From contig NC_052149.1 of the NCBI RefSeq assembly GCF_902713615.1, forward strand, positions 214,995,623-215,059,622: DNA of 64,000 nt, written 5' to 3'. The DNA is from Scyliorhinus canicula (lineage: Eukaryota). The notes beneath the pieces were generated by a model. The model did no database searches. It was not told the DNA's origin and saw only the letters and a program-made list of their open reading frames with translations. Position numbers and translations under genes: made by a program. Positions 11,691-23,795 of this stretch are shown here, piece by piece (within the stretch, counting starts at the first letter, position 1; each line of letters begins with the position of its first letter).

Positions 11691-13580
11691 TACCCCCTCA
11701 TACTCTCCATACCAAATTGTGGCCCCAGCCACTCCCCTTCACCCCTCATACCCTCCATGCCACTTCATGCCCCACCCCAACCACTTATGGCTCCTCATAC
11801 TCTCCAAGCCAACTCATGCCCCCTGAGCCACTTCCCAAGGACCCCCATGCTCTCTGTGTGAACTCAATGTCAACTCATGCCTGCATCCACTCCCCGTGAA
11901 ACAAAGAAACAAATACCTTACACATGATGAAAGAAATTAAAAGGTAACGTTGGTGCTATTCAGAGATTAATATATTTGATGATGGAGTGCAAATTATGCA
12001 GCATATTTCAACACAAGAACATCTGTTCCTGAAGTATTTATGCACGCCAAAACTGAAGTCACTGACATTCACACTGTCCCCACACTGCTCAAACTGCAGA
12101 AAATTGCATAATATCGTGGCACTTTACATCACATCAGAGCTTCAAGACCCACCAATATTGCAGCAGTTTTCGAGTATTTTTAAACTATTCTTTCAGTTTG
12201 TACCCATGGGTATGTCGTAGGATACACAATATTTATCTAGAGGACAGATCCGCCATCATAATGCACTAGTCACTGCAGTATTCTGTCGAATCCGTCCACT
12301 GGATAATATTGTATCTGACAGTGCCATTGTGGATGTGCCCATCCACTGAGAGCATCACTGCTGGTTCTAAGCAAATTCTGTTTCGCAAATGACTTGCTTG
12401 TGAGTAGATTTAATTAATTGCCCAGAAATCAGTGTAAAATACTAGTGAACCCTTTCTGTTCCACAGAGTTTTATGTACCAACAATTGCAGTTGGATATTT
12501 GGAAAATAATGTGAATCAATGGTTCAATTTAGATTGCGGCATTCTGTTTGACTGTATGAATAATATAATTTTTAAAGATGACAATAACTTGAACATTTAT
12601 TGAGCCTGACAGCGTTCAGATGGTCATTAACCCAGGATACTTGGGGGACAATACATTTTTGATTGCCACTGTCTTGGAGCCAGTACCCCTCCAAGCAAGT
12701 TCCCTGAGGAAATTATCAGCACTCACTAATTGCTTTTTGTTGCTTTCATTTTTTATGAGGTAATTGTTTTGTGCTCATCACTGTGAGAGAAGGCGTTAAA
12801 TTGTTCAATTTAAAATTCTCATCCTCCTGATTAAATCAATTCATGGCCTCATCGCTCCCTATCCCAATCCTCTCCCAACCATCTTCTCCCCTCAAGTTGC
12901 CCATTCACCGTTCCTTCGAATCAGGCCCTCCCTGCAGCCACGGGCTTTTCCCCTCTCATTGCTGCACCTTCAGCCATGTATAGTCTGAATTTTTATCTTT
13001 AGCTGTTCCATCTCGCAAACTCCCTCACCTCCTTCAAGACCCTCCGCAAGGGGTGGCATGGTGCAGGAAGACGAAATTGAGGTGGCAGCTCAGCCATGAC
13101 CGTGCAGAATGACAGAGCAGGCAACAGTCCAGATCAGGGCCAGGATGGAGAGGAAAGATGACAGTCAGATATGGGTGGCCAACAGCAGACATCATGAGCT
13201 GCAGGATCTGGGAGAAGCACTCTTGCATTTCAGTGGCAGTCGCTTTCTGCTGCATCCATGTCTGACAAAAGATGCAGCAAAAGCAGTCTCAGTGCCTGCT
13301 GCACTCAGAACCCAACGTACCAGAGGAATTTTAAAAGTGGTGTTTGGCTTCTCATTAGCATCTGAAATGTTCCTCATTGCTTATGGAGGCAGCTGTAGCA
13401 GAAGCTTGAAAATTGCCCAATGCCAATACAGCTTTGATATAGCTCTATGTCATTGGTCATCTTTTGTCACGTGCATAATGATGAGCAATTTCTACCCCAC
13501 CGTGTTTTTAGTTCTAGCTGCAGAAGAGAACCCCCTGCTGTGGCAGGAAACATTTTGTTTTCAATTTACCACAACATATA

Positions 13581-14335
13581 GGGCGGGATATTCTGCTTGC
13601 ATTCTTTTCAGCCGGGTTGGTTGACATGAGCGGAAAATCTTGCAACAGATCCAAATCGCATTGACATTGGTGGGAGGTCTCGATGTGATGGCCCCAGCTG
13701 CCAACTAGTGACGCAACGAGAATCCTGATGTTCGACGTCAGGAACATCATTGCAATAAATTTGAATCTAATAAATTATCAGGCCTCTATGTCTGATCATC
13801 CCCTTCTTAAATTATCCATACATGTTGGCATGCGCTCACGCCAAAGTGAATTGCGACTGGTCTCCCACACATGCACCTGGCGGGCAGACCCCCAGAGGAG
13901 CTCAAGTGAGTGCTTCACACAGGGGCAGAGGGTCATGTCTGGGCACTGCCCCAAGCACTTCCTTGTACTGCTGAGGCATTGTAACTGAGCAGGGCCAGTG
14001 GGGATTCCAGGGGCAATGCCAGGTTCAGCACCAGGGGTTACACTGGGAAGTGTATGCGGGGAAGGGGGGTGTGAGCGGGTTCCATTTTAACTCTTGTGCA
14101 CCGTGGCAGCCTTTAAAAATGGTGCACCTATCTTTAAAAACCAAAGTAGCTGGTGGGGTGGGCTCAATCTGAGCCCGTCCCACCTTCGTGACGTTGAGGG
14201 ATCAGCCCCTTGTAGTTTCTTGCACTATGTTCCTAACAACATGCAGAAGAAAGCTGCCCTTGGTGCTGGAACCTTCAATGCATCTTTACTCACCTGCTGC
14301 CAAACTCTGTGGGGAAGAAAGGTAAAATTCTGCCC
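13581..14335. mobile_element. Older Harbinger-like MITE
   Basis: Termini GGGCGGGATATT ... AAATTCTGCCC, flanks ATA/ATT. Confidence 0.6.
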
Positions 14336-15961
14336 ATTCTCTGGTTGGGATTAGTAATGGAGAGGCACCTGACCCACTGGATACTGAGTTATGACTTGAG
14401 GAACTGGAAGTGAGGAGGGGGCCGAGAGATGATGAAAGAGGTAGAAAAGGCCTCTACCAACATTACAGTTTCATTGACTGCTCGGAGTTAAATGACTTGC
14501 TATTGGATTTTGTCTTCTTTCCTTCTGTTTTGGAGATGGGAGTAAAGAAGAAAGTGCAAGGCCTTTACCCGCTGTGACTCCAGAATGGCAATTCCCATTT
14601 GAGAGATTAAGAGCTTCAAGCCTGCAGCGTAACATCCCAAGGTTCAATGTGTTGGCAGCACTGTCACCTTTCTGCGGACGATATTTTTGTGCCTGGGTAT
14701 GATGGACTGGTTTATGTACATGGCATAATCAAGAAAATGCTGAAGAGCCTCCCTGCGGTCATCAGTCTAGCTATCGACTCACTTGACATTTCAAAAGCCA
14801 GAGTATATAATAAGTTAGATGACAATAGAAGAAAAATATCACAATAAAAGAAGTAAATTAGAAAAAGAAAATCTACAGCATCAAGATTATTATTATCGGT
14901 TGCAGCAGCACGATCAATAAACGTGATGTGTGTGACAGTTAAATCGCACAAAATGGAACAGGAACCATGTCAAGGAAGATAAACAAATTCTAACAGATCA
15001 AAACTAAATGCAGAATATTACCAATTTTTGTATTGCCCCCTGCTTAAAAATGTAAGAAAAGGCTTTAATACAAATAAGATCATTTACTGTTCTCGGTGAG
15101 ATTTTTTTCTGAAGGAAGGGGTCAGGTTTATTTGTACTGGTGGTGTGTTAGTTGGCAATGTGCAAAAATTGAACAAGTTCATTTCTAAGGAGTCCACGGA
15201 TCCAACATCACCACAAACCAATTTTTAGAAATGCAGCAATTCATGAACCCCGATGATCCTCTCCTTCCTCCTGGTGACTCAACCCCGACCGCTTGGAATT
15301 CAGTCCCTCCACGAGCTGTTTTCATGAGAACTTGAGAAATGGGGAGTCCTGGCAAATTTTGCCCCTCCCCGTCTCAGCAACAGAATACAGCACAATCGCT
15401 GCTGTAACTTCTAAAATCTGCGGACGATCGAACGGGGACCCTTCTTGATTTATTCAGCTTATCATCATTCCACTGGCGAAATCAGTCGTTTTCAGGACCT
15501 TTCCTCAACCCGCTTTTTCAAATTATAATTTCTGTTTCCACGACTCTGGTATTCAACTGTCTGACACTTGGCTTTCTTCAAGTTAAGGGGAAAGGTATGG
15601 GTTTCAATCAGTTTTGCATTAGATTCATGCCTTACTTTTCAAAAATAAAAGTAAATTAAGCCTGCGATGTTTTGTGAAGTATTTGCTCCAATTTGACTCA
15701 CATTGGAGATAAATTTGGAGATGGGCCAATGAATCCTAAGGAGAAATCTTCAGCAGAGCCATTCAATTGAGAGCAACACAATGTTACTACTGGACCTGTT
15801 CCAGGTTTTTCAGCTGCATTTTCCCAGGACACTTAATGGCAAAGACTTGGGCAAGTATCTGGCTGTCGTTTCTCTGGGCTGTTATCAAACGTCTACAGCA
15901 TTTTATGTCAGTTGATGGCTGATGTTTTTTTTTAAACCTTGTGAACTCAATGAGGGACAAT

Positions 15962-16565
15962 GGGTTCAATTTAATGGCCACCCTGCGTCCGAAAAGCTGT
16001 TCAACGCGGAACAGCATGACCGATATAGGCCGGGAGAACCCCCTACCGGGATCAACTGGCGCGTGTGATCGAACGTGACCTCACAAGATGTTGCAATGTA
16101 AATCCCACCCATTGTGAGCAGAATCATCTTTTAGCAAATCTGCATATTAAAGCGAAACAGCTAGTCTCAATGTAATATGCAGATTCCGGAGTTACCCGAG
16201 GCGTGGCATCAACTGCCAAGGTACCAAGCTGGCATTTTTTGTGCGGGTGCGGTTGGGCAAGGGGTGCCCTGTACAGGTGCTGGGGGTGCCTGCGCCCCTT
16301 TTATAATGTGTTGAAGCATGGGGGGGGAGGGGGGGGGGGGTCACTTCTGGAACATTGGAGATCAGGACGCCTGATCCCTCGCTACATTGAGGAGTTCTGG
16401 TGAGCAGAGCTCCTCAGTGAACAAAACGGGGCGATGGGCGCCCTCGACCATGCATTGCCCGTTGAGGCCCTTATCGTTGTGTTTCTCGGCACTGCGAGTG
16501 CCAGGAAACAAGCAGCCAAATGCACTCGTTATGGGACTTTGTTCCCATTTATTTAAGTCGTACCC
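15962..16565. mobile_element. Harbinger-like MITE
   Basis: Termini GGGTTCAATTTAA ... TTAAGTCGTACCC with 3-bp TSD AAT/AAT; internal poly-G. Confidence 0.65.
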
Positions 16566-16939
16566 AATGCCTAAGCTGAATTTAGAGATTGATCACATTT
16601 TAATTTGAACAAACAAGATATAGTCAAGCTTTTGTTTTTGTATTTCTTGAGCAGTATTATCTCGCTGACAAGAGTATTCACTCAATTTATCAAAGATGTT
16701 GAAAGGTCTCTTCAAGAAAATCCTAAAGAGACTCCAAATGGCTTATATGTCTAGATGCAAAAACTGTGCTCTTTGCAAAATAAAGAATTTCTTCCCTGTT
16801 AGAAGAGGAATTCTCTCTTGCTCCATCTCGAGATTGCATAATGGAAAGGGAGGTTTATGTCTGCAATCCTCCATTAGTAAGTTCCTGCGCACCACGTCTT
16901 CGGAATGTTATACATGTATTGGAGTGAGTGCACGTTGAC

Positions 16940-17387
16940 CAGTCTGATCCTTGCACTCAAAATGTAAAATTATGAGGAGAGGTTACAAAACCTATGGCTG
17001 CACTCCCTAAAATTTATCAGACCAAAGGTTGATTTTATCAAAGTTTGAGATGTTTCAATGAACTGCGAGGACAGTCAGAAATAAACTATTTTTTCTGGTA
17101 AAAGTACCTTAGGTGAGGGGACATAATTCAAAAATTAGAGCCAGACCTTTTCAGGAGCGAAATTAGGGAACTGCTCCATACGACAGAGTTGTATCTTCTG
17201 CAGTTGATGTTAGATCAATTGTTAATTTTAAGCTTGAGATTAACAATTTTTTGTTTGCCACAAGTATTAAGAGGTATGGAGCAAAATAAATATATGGAGT
17301 TAGGTTGCATATCAGCCTGAGCTCATTGAATAGTGGAACAGGTTCAAGGGATGAATTCGTCTTTTCTTCTTCTTATATTCCTATGTC
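16940..17387 (+). mobile_element. Highly decayed CR1 3' end
   Basis: ttatgaggagaggtta..., gggacataattcaaaattagag, and a 3'UTR-like tail ending ttcttatattcctatg. Confidence 0.65.
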
Positions 17388-17414
17388 TTCAAGGAGAAGC
17401 CAGGTGAGTAGGGA

Positions 17415-17514
17415 AAATGAACTTAAAATCGCTTATTGTCAGAAGTAGGCTTCAAATGAAGTTACTGTGAAAAGCCCCTAGTCGCCACATTCTGGTGCCT
17501 GTTCGGGGAGGCTG
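17415..17514 (-). mobile_element. 3' fragment of tRNA-headed SINE family B
   Basis: Matches the 3' half of 54422-54610 and 58444-58630. Confidence 0.8.
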
Positions 17515-17983
17515 AGGCAACTTCTCCATATCAAATAAGCAAACAAGCAAACTGCGGTGCACGTTACTCAGGCTGTTGTATCTTTAGACTAACAGTACAA
17601 AAGAAATTGATTGCAAATGCATGTGGGGTCAAAGCAACATTAACAGAGGCCTATTAAATAGGTCTTTACTGTGTAATGGCTGGTACTAGACTAGGATGAA
17701 AAGCCTGCGACGTAGCCAATGACCTGGTGACAACTACAAAAGCATACATATGTGACATCCCTCTCCCTTTACTTCTGAGGTCCAACACAACTAATAACTA
17801 GTATTTTAACATCGTCATTGAAATATATGCATGAGCGCAGGCATCAAATTATTACATTGTAATAACACAGCCAATAAGATAGACAGTCATGTGAGCCAAT
17901 ACGATCGTTGGGACCCATTTCTCACTCGTGGTGTAGCTGCGTGCTAACACCTGTTCTTCTTGTTGAAACAAATATTTCCTTGA

Positions 17984-18320
17984 ACGAAAGAGAAAATGCT
18001 GTAAAATCTCAGCACGTCTGGCAGCATCTGCAGGGAGAGAAAAGAGCTAATGTTTCGAGTCCGATGACTCTTTCTCAAAGCTAACAGACAGAGAAAGAGG
18101 GAAAAGCACGCATATGTGACATCCCTCTCCCTTTACTCGCTGTTAGTGTTTCCCACAAGTGGGAAACTCTCTGTTTCCCACTTTCTCTGTCTCTTAGCTT
18201 TGAAAAAGGGTTATCTGGACTCAAAACGTTAACTCTTTTCTCTCCCTACAGATGCTGAGATTTTCCAGCATTTTCTCTTTCGTTTCAGATTCCAGCATCC
18301 GCCGTAATTTACTTTTATCC
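17984..18320. mobile_element. Penelope-like inverted-terminus insertion
   Basis: Arms ~17984-18104 and ~18175-18285 are inverted copies; degenerate 13-bp TSD AATATTTCCTTGA (17971-17983) / AATGTCTCCTTGA (18321-18333); each arm carries a hammerhead-like motif. Confidence 0.7.
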
Positions 18321-20643
18321 AATGTCTCCTTGAGTTACTTTCTTGTCTCAAGTGCTGTGAGTGTTGGTTTCACTCTACTATGTCAAGTGCCTCCTCTGGC
18401 AAGAGTAAATCAAAGGTAGTCCTCAGCTTCCTTTGTCATCAATAGCAAAGCTGGAAATTTGTGCAGTCGCATGTGTTGTATTTTGGTATGTTGCTAAAAA
18501 TGTGTTCACGTGACGATGAAGTGAACCTTGGTCCTTGGAGGCTTTCAAGGAAGCTGCATGCTTCAGAGACTGGACAAACATTTTGGCTAAACCATTTGTG
18601 GATGGGTGTTAAGACCCTGACTTTATATGTTGAACTTCACACATCTTTAAGTAGTCTTTGAACTTTTGGGCTTTAAGCTGTGGCCCATTGTCACTCACGA
18701 TCTGCTCTCTTTTTCAGAATTTCGCAAAGTTCTCGTCGAGTTTCTCAATGGTTTGCTCTGTCGTGGTTGATTTCATTAAAGCCCCCTCAGGCCACTTTGA
18801 TTTAGTGTCTACATTGACTATGAACATATGTCCTTCGAATAGACCAACATGTTACCACAGCATATTAGGCTGCTTCCATTGATGCAATGGGGACAACAGG
18901 GGTGCGATCCATATATGCACACATGACTGGCACTGTACTGTTTTTTCTTCTATCTGGGCATCAATTTCTGGCCATCAAAAGTAACTTTGTGCTAGTTACT
19001 TCATTCAGACTATTCCTGGGTGTCCTTTGTGCAATGGATCCAAAACCTTTTAGCGTCAAATTAGTGGAATAATTACTCTCACCCCCACACAGCCATCCGT
19101 CCTCTGCTGTTAATTTGAGTATCCTGAAAATGTGCAGTTTTAATTCAGGATGTTTTCCTGATCCCCTTCCCTTCAATACCATCTCCAGTAACTTCCCCAT
19201 CATGTTTATTTCTGATGTGTCTTTGGACTTGAGCTACAGTCACTGGAAACGTTGTCAATCTGTGCACAATAAAAAATATTATCTTGACTAGATAGTATCT
19301 GACCAGCTGGTAAAGGCAGATGTGACAATGCATCCACATTAGCATGATTCTCTGACTGGTGGTATTTGATCTCATAGGAAGATACAGATAGTATTAAAGA
19401 CCATCGTTGCAGTCTATCTGAAGTGAACGAAAGGATACTGTGGGTGTGGCTCAAAAATAGCTGTTGAGCTCCAATGGTACACTAGCAAATGTGAAGTGAT
19501 GGCCGTACAGGTATTGGTGAAACGTCCATACGCCAAATATATTCAGTGCCTCCTTCTCCAACTGAACGTAGTTAGATTCTGCACTTGTTAACGTATGAGA
19601 TGCAAAAGCTATTGGTCTTTCTTCCCCTGAGGTAGTATGTAGACACCACCATTCCAACACTCTATGGCTAAGCATCACAGGCAAGTTGTAATAGTAACTT
19701 TGGTTTGAAATGTAGCAACATTTCTGACTTTCTCAGTGCTTCTTTTGCTGATTGATATCCTTTTTCACATTCTGGTGTCCATTGCCCTCCCTGTTTTTCC
19801 CACAACAAGGTATGTAACGGTTTTAATAGGTTTGTCAGATTTTGGATGCATTTTCCATTGTAGTTGATGAACCTGAGGAATGACCTAAATTGAGTGATAT
19901 TTGTTGTTTGTGGAGCCTCCATAATAGCTTCCATCTTTTTAAGTGTTTTGTGTAGAAACTTACTGTCATTAAATGTCCCAGATATTACATGGATGTCTGA
20001 GGGAAATCATATTTACCTTTCCTGACATACAGCCCATGCATCTGAAGGTATTTCAGTGTGGCTCCTACGTGTAGTAAGTGTTCTCATTCATTGGTTTTGG
20101 TTATCAATATATCATCTAGGTAACACTTTTATCCCTTTGTAAGCCACTAAGGATCTGGTCCATGGATTGTTGAAATAAAGCTGATGACTTTGTAATGGAA
20201 TAGGCCTTTGTTATTGATGATGCTGAGCAGGTGTTGTGATTCAGCTGCCACATTAATTTGCAGTGTAGGCCTGCGATCGGTCAATCTTGCTGACCTTCTG
20301 TTCTGCTGGCCTGTAAACAAATCTTCAATCAATCATAGGGGGTATTGATCCACGCATACAACCGGATTGATTGTTGTCTCAAAATATCCACTGATACGAA
20401 TTATAACATCCTGCTTCATTACAGGAACAGTAGGGTTTGCCCAGTCATGACTAGTGATAAGTTCTAAGACTCCTGTTTCCATAAGTCACAGTAGTCAACT
20501 TTTGGACATACAGCACAGGGTACTGCCCTGGCCGTGAGACATTATGGCTGGGTATTTTCCTTAATCTTCAAAACATTTGCACTCCATTCATGGACCCCAT
20601 TGTGGTCTTCAAAAACACTGCTGTTTACAGCATTCCAGTTCTG

Positions 20644-21873
20644 GGGCGGGATTCTCCCCTACCTGGCGGGGTGGGGGGTCCCGGCGTAGCGGCGTGGTGC
20701 CAACCACTCCAGCGTCGGGCCTCCCCAAAGGTGCGGAATTCTCCGCACCTTTGGGGGCTAGACCCGCGCCGGAGCGGTTGGCACCACGCCGACTGGTGCC
20801 AAAACCGGCACCAACGGCCTTTGACGCCCTCCGCCCGGCGCCAAAGCTGGCCGAAAGGCCTTCGCCGGTTCGCGCATGCGCTAGTGGTGACGTCAGCAGC
20901 AGCTGCCGCCACCACCGGCGAATGCGCGCTGGGGGATTATCTTCCACCTCCGCCATGGTGTAGGCCGTGGCGGCGGCAGAAGAGAAAGAGTGCACCCACG
21001 GCACTGGCCTGCCCGCCGATCGGTGGGCCCCGATCGCGGGCCTGGCCACCGTGGGGGCACCCCCTGGAGTCCGATCGCCCCCCCCCCCCCCCCCCAGGGC
21101 CCCGCGGGCCCGCTCGCGCCACCGAACATGCCGCCACCAGAGGTGGTTCAAACCTCGGCCCATCGCGGGCCTGAGAATCGCCGCAGGGGGCTCGCCACTC
21201 GACGTAGCGCGATTCCTGCACCTGCCAATTCCCGGGTGGCGGAGAATGGCCGAAATTCCGCAGGGTCGGAGAATTGCCCTGGGCCACCGAAAATCCCGCC
21301 CCCGCCGTGGCAGAAATTCTCCGCCAGTCGGGAATTGGCGGGGGCGGGAATCGCGCCACGTCGAGTGGTGAGCCCCTGTGGCGATTCTCCGGCCCGCGAT
21401 GGGCCGAAGTCCCGCCGCTGGGAGGCCTCTCCCGCCGCCGAGGTTTGAACCACCTCTGGTGGCGGCAGGATCGGCGCCGCGACCGGGCCCCCGGGGTCCT
21501 GGGGGGTCGTGGGACGATCAGACCCCGGGGCGTGCCCCAGCGCGCATGTGCCGGTGGTGACGTCAGTGGCAGCTGACGCGCCGGTGCATGCGTGAACCGG
21601 CGAAGGTCTTTCGGCCAGGCCCGGCGCCGGGCGGCGGGCGTCAAAGGCCATTGGTGCTGGTTTTGGCGCCAGTCGGCATGGTGCCAACCGATCCGGCGCG
21701 GGCCTAGCCCCCAAAGGTGCGGAGAATTCCGCACTTTTGGGGAAGTCCGACGCCGGAGTGGTTGGCACCATTCCGCTGCGCCGGGACCCCCCACCCAGCC
21801 GGGTAGGGGAGAATCCCGCCCAATTTCTGCCACAGCGGGGGCTGGATTTTCGGCGGCCCCAGGCGATTCGCCC
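20644..21873. mobile_element. Two GC-rich MITEs in inverted orientation (~1.2-kb imperfect palindrome) inside the Gypsy relic
   Basis: GGGCGGGATTCTCCCCTACC at 20644 mirrored by GGTAGGGGAGAATCCCGCCC ending at 21821; extra inverted segment ~21268-21318 / 21822-21873; Gypsy sequence resumes at 21874. Confidence 0.85.
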
Positions 21874-21919
21874 CAGTTCAATTCTTTCCAGACAAGAGTG
21901 GCCAAAGAGAGCGGTAGGA

Positions 21920-22276
21920 GGGGTTCTCTTCCGCCTCCGCCATGGTGGGGGCCATGGTGGCAGCGGAAGAAACGGAGTTCCCCCACGGCACAGGCCCGCC
22001 CGCCGATCGGTGGGCCCCGATCGCGGGCCAGGCCACCGTGGGGGCACCCCCCGGGGTCTGATCGTCCCCCCCCCCCCCCCCCAGGACCCCGGTGGCCCAC
22101 TCGCGCCGCCAATCCCACCACCGCCAGAGGTGGTTGAAACCATGTCGGCGAGATTGGTCTCTCAGCGGCAGGACTTCGGGCCATCGCGTGCCGGAGAATC
22201 ACCGCAGGGGGCCTGCCGATCGATGCGGCGTGATTCCCGCCCCCACCAATTCCCGGGGGTCGGTGAATTTCGTCCC
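21920..22276. mobile_element. Truncated third copy of the same GC-rich MITE
   Basis: Colinear with ~20930-21250; ends GGTGAATTTCGTCCC. Confidence 0.8.
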
Positions 22277-22630
22277 ATTTTACTACAGCAAGCTCTTGCT
22301 GTGTGGCCAGTTCTGCCACTATGTTCACATTGATCACTGTACAAAGCCTGGTACTTTACTCGAGCAAAATGCACGCAAGTCACCCATGTCACGTGACTCA
22401 GTTATTAAAGAGAGATTGCACACAGCTACAATAATCCACATATATAACACTGGTGTTGCTCTTTCACAGCACCCAGATGGTAAAGATAGCATTGGGAGCA
22501 ATGCAGATTCACCTAGCGTGGCGAGGTTCAGTTGAGAGGGAGGAATGGTTCACTTTAAACGTAGCAGCAAATTGTGTACTTTTGTTTGCTGTGGACTCGC
22601 AACCTCTTGGAGGTGTGGTGTGTAATATCA

Positions 22631-23130
22631 GGTGGCACGGTAGCACAGTGGTTAGCACTGTTGCTTCACAGTTCCAGGGACCGGGGTTTGATTCCCGGCT
22701 TGGGTCACTGCCTTTGCGGGGTCTGCACGTTCTCTCCGTGTCTACGTGGGTTTCCTTCGGGTGCTCTAGTTTCCTCCCACAGTCCAAAGATGTGCAGGTT
22801 AGGTGAATTGGACATTCTGAATTCTCCCTCAGTGTCCCCGAACAGACGATTCGGGGTTTTCACAGTAACTTTATTGTAATGTGGAAATGGAAATCGCTTA
22901 TTGTCACGAGTAGACTTCAACGAAGTTACTGTGAAAAGCCCCTAGTCGCCACATTCCGGCGCCTGTCCGGGGAGGCTGGTACGGGAATCGAACCGTGCTG
23001 TTGGCCTGCTTGGTCTGCTTTAAAAGCCAGCGATTTATCCCAGTGAGCTAAACCAGCCCCATTACATTACATAACATTACATTAATATTAATGTAAGCCT
23101 ACTTCTAACACTAATAAAGATTATTATTAA
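22631..23130 (+). mobile_element. HE1-like SINE with (ATT)n tail, interrupted by SINE family B
   Basis: Head ggcacggtagcacagtggttagcac; tail gcctacttctaacactaataaagattattatt resumes after 23060. Confidence 0.85.
22884..23060 (-). mobile_element. tRNA-headed SINE family B, full length
   Basis: Minus strand GGGGCTGGTTTAGCTCACTGG..GGTTCGATTCCC (A/B boxes); tail gtgacaataagcgatttccattt. Confidence 0.85.
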
Positions 23131-23194
23131 TGTTTTACATTATATATGCATGCATGCACCTAGAAAGGTTGTGTTCTGAAGTCAAAATTATAAT

Positions 23195-23795
23195 TCAAGT
23201 CAGCAAGCAATAGGGAAGGCAAATAGAATGTTAACCTTTTTTCAAAGGGAATGGAGTACAAAAGTAGGGACGTCTTGCTAAAATTATACAAGGTACTAGT
23301 TAGGCCACACCTGGGATTCTATGAACAGGTTTGGTCTCCTTATCGAAGGCCTTGGAGGCAGTCGACAGAAGATTCACTACGTTGATCCCATGTATGGAGG
23401 AACTTTCTTATGAAGAGAGGTTGAGTTGGTTGGGCTTGTACTCATTGGAATTTAGGAGAATGAGAGGTGGCCTTATTGAGCCCTGCAGGATTCTCAGGGG
23501 CTTGATAGGGTAGATGCTGAGAGAATGTTTCTGATTGTCAGAGAGTCTAGGACCAGAGGGCATAATCTCAGAATAAGGTTGTCACCCATTTAAAACAGAG
23601 ATCTGGAGGAACTTCTTCTCTCCGAGGGTAGTGAATCAGTGGAATTCATTGAGTATGTTCAAGGCTGAGATGGACAGATTTTTAAACAAGGTGGGAAAGC
23701 GGAATTGAAGATTAGTACATCAGATTAGTCATGACCTCACTGAATGGTGGAGCTGACTCGATGGGCCAAATGGTCCATGTCTGCTCCTATGTGTT
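23195..23795 (+). mobile_element. CR1 3' fragment
   Basis: RRFTTLIP..LSYEERLSWLGLYSLEFRRMRG followed by CR1 3'UTR. Confidence 0.9.

Larger units (their letters stand above)
17574..22560 (-). mobile_element. Decayed Ty3/Gypsy LTR retrotransposon (gag-pol relic with 3' LTR)
   Basis: Minus strand: gag knuckle-like GHTARAC (~22290-22345), RT YLDD (~20110-20125), RT/RNase [49 protein letters not shown], integrase VSDNGPQ (~18680-18700). Candidate 3' LTR TG..CA at 17574-17757 abuts a polypurine tract AAAGGGAGAGGGA (17758-17770). Confidence 0.9.

Noticed and set aside
12198-12410. Plus-strand segment bounded by ttcag| and |gtgagt
   Set aside because: Stops in all three frames and antisense to tenm2; no supporting evidence.
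13109-13624. 171-aa ORF
   Set aside because: No recognisable motif, and it runs into a MITE; likely chance or a decayed repeat.
20577-22535. Long overlapping ORFs (up to 466 aa) rich in Pro/Gly/Arg; likewise at 152-1012 and 55123-57698
   Set aside because: By-products of stop-poor GC-rich MITEs and poly-C/G tracts; open in most frames on both strands, with no domain motifs.
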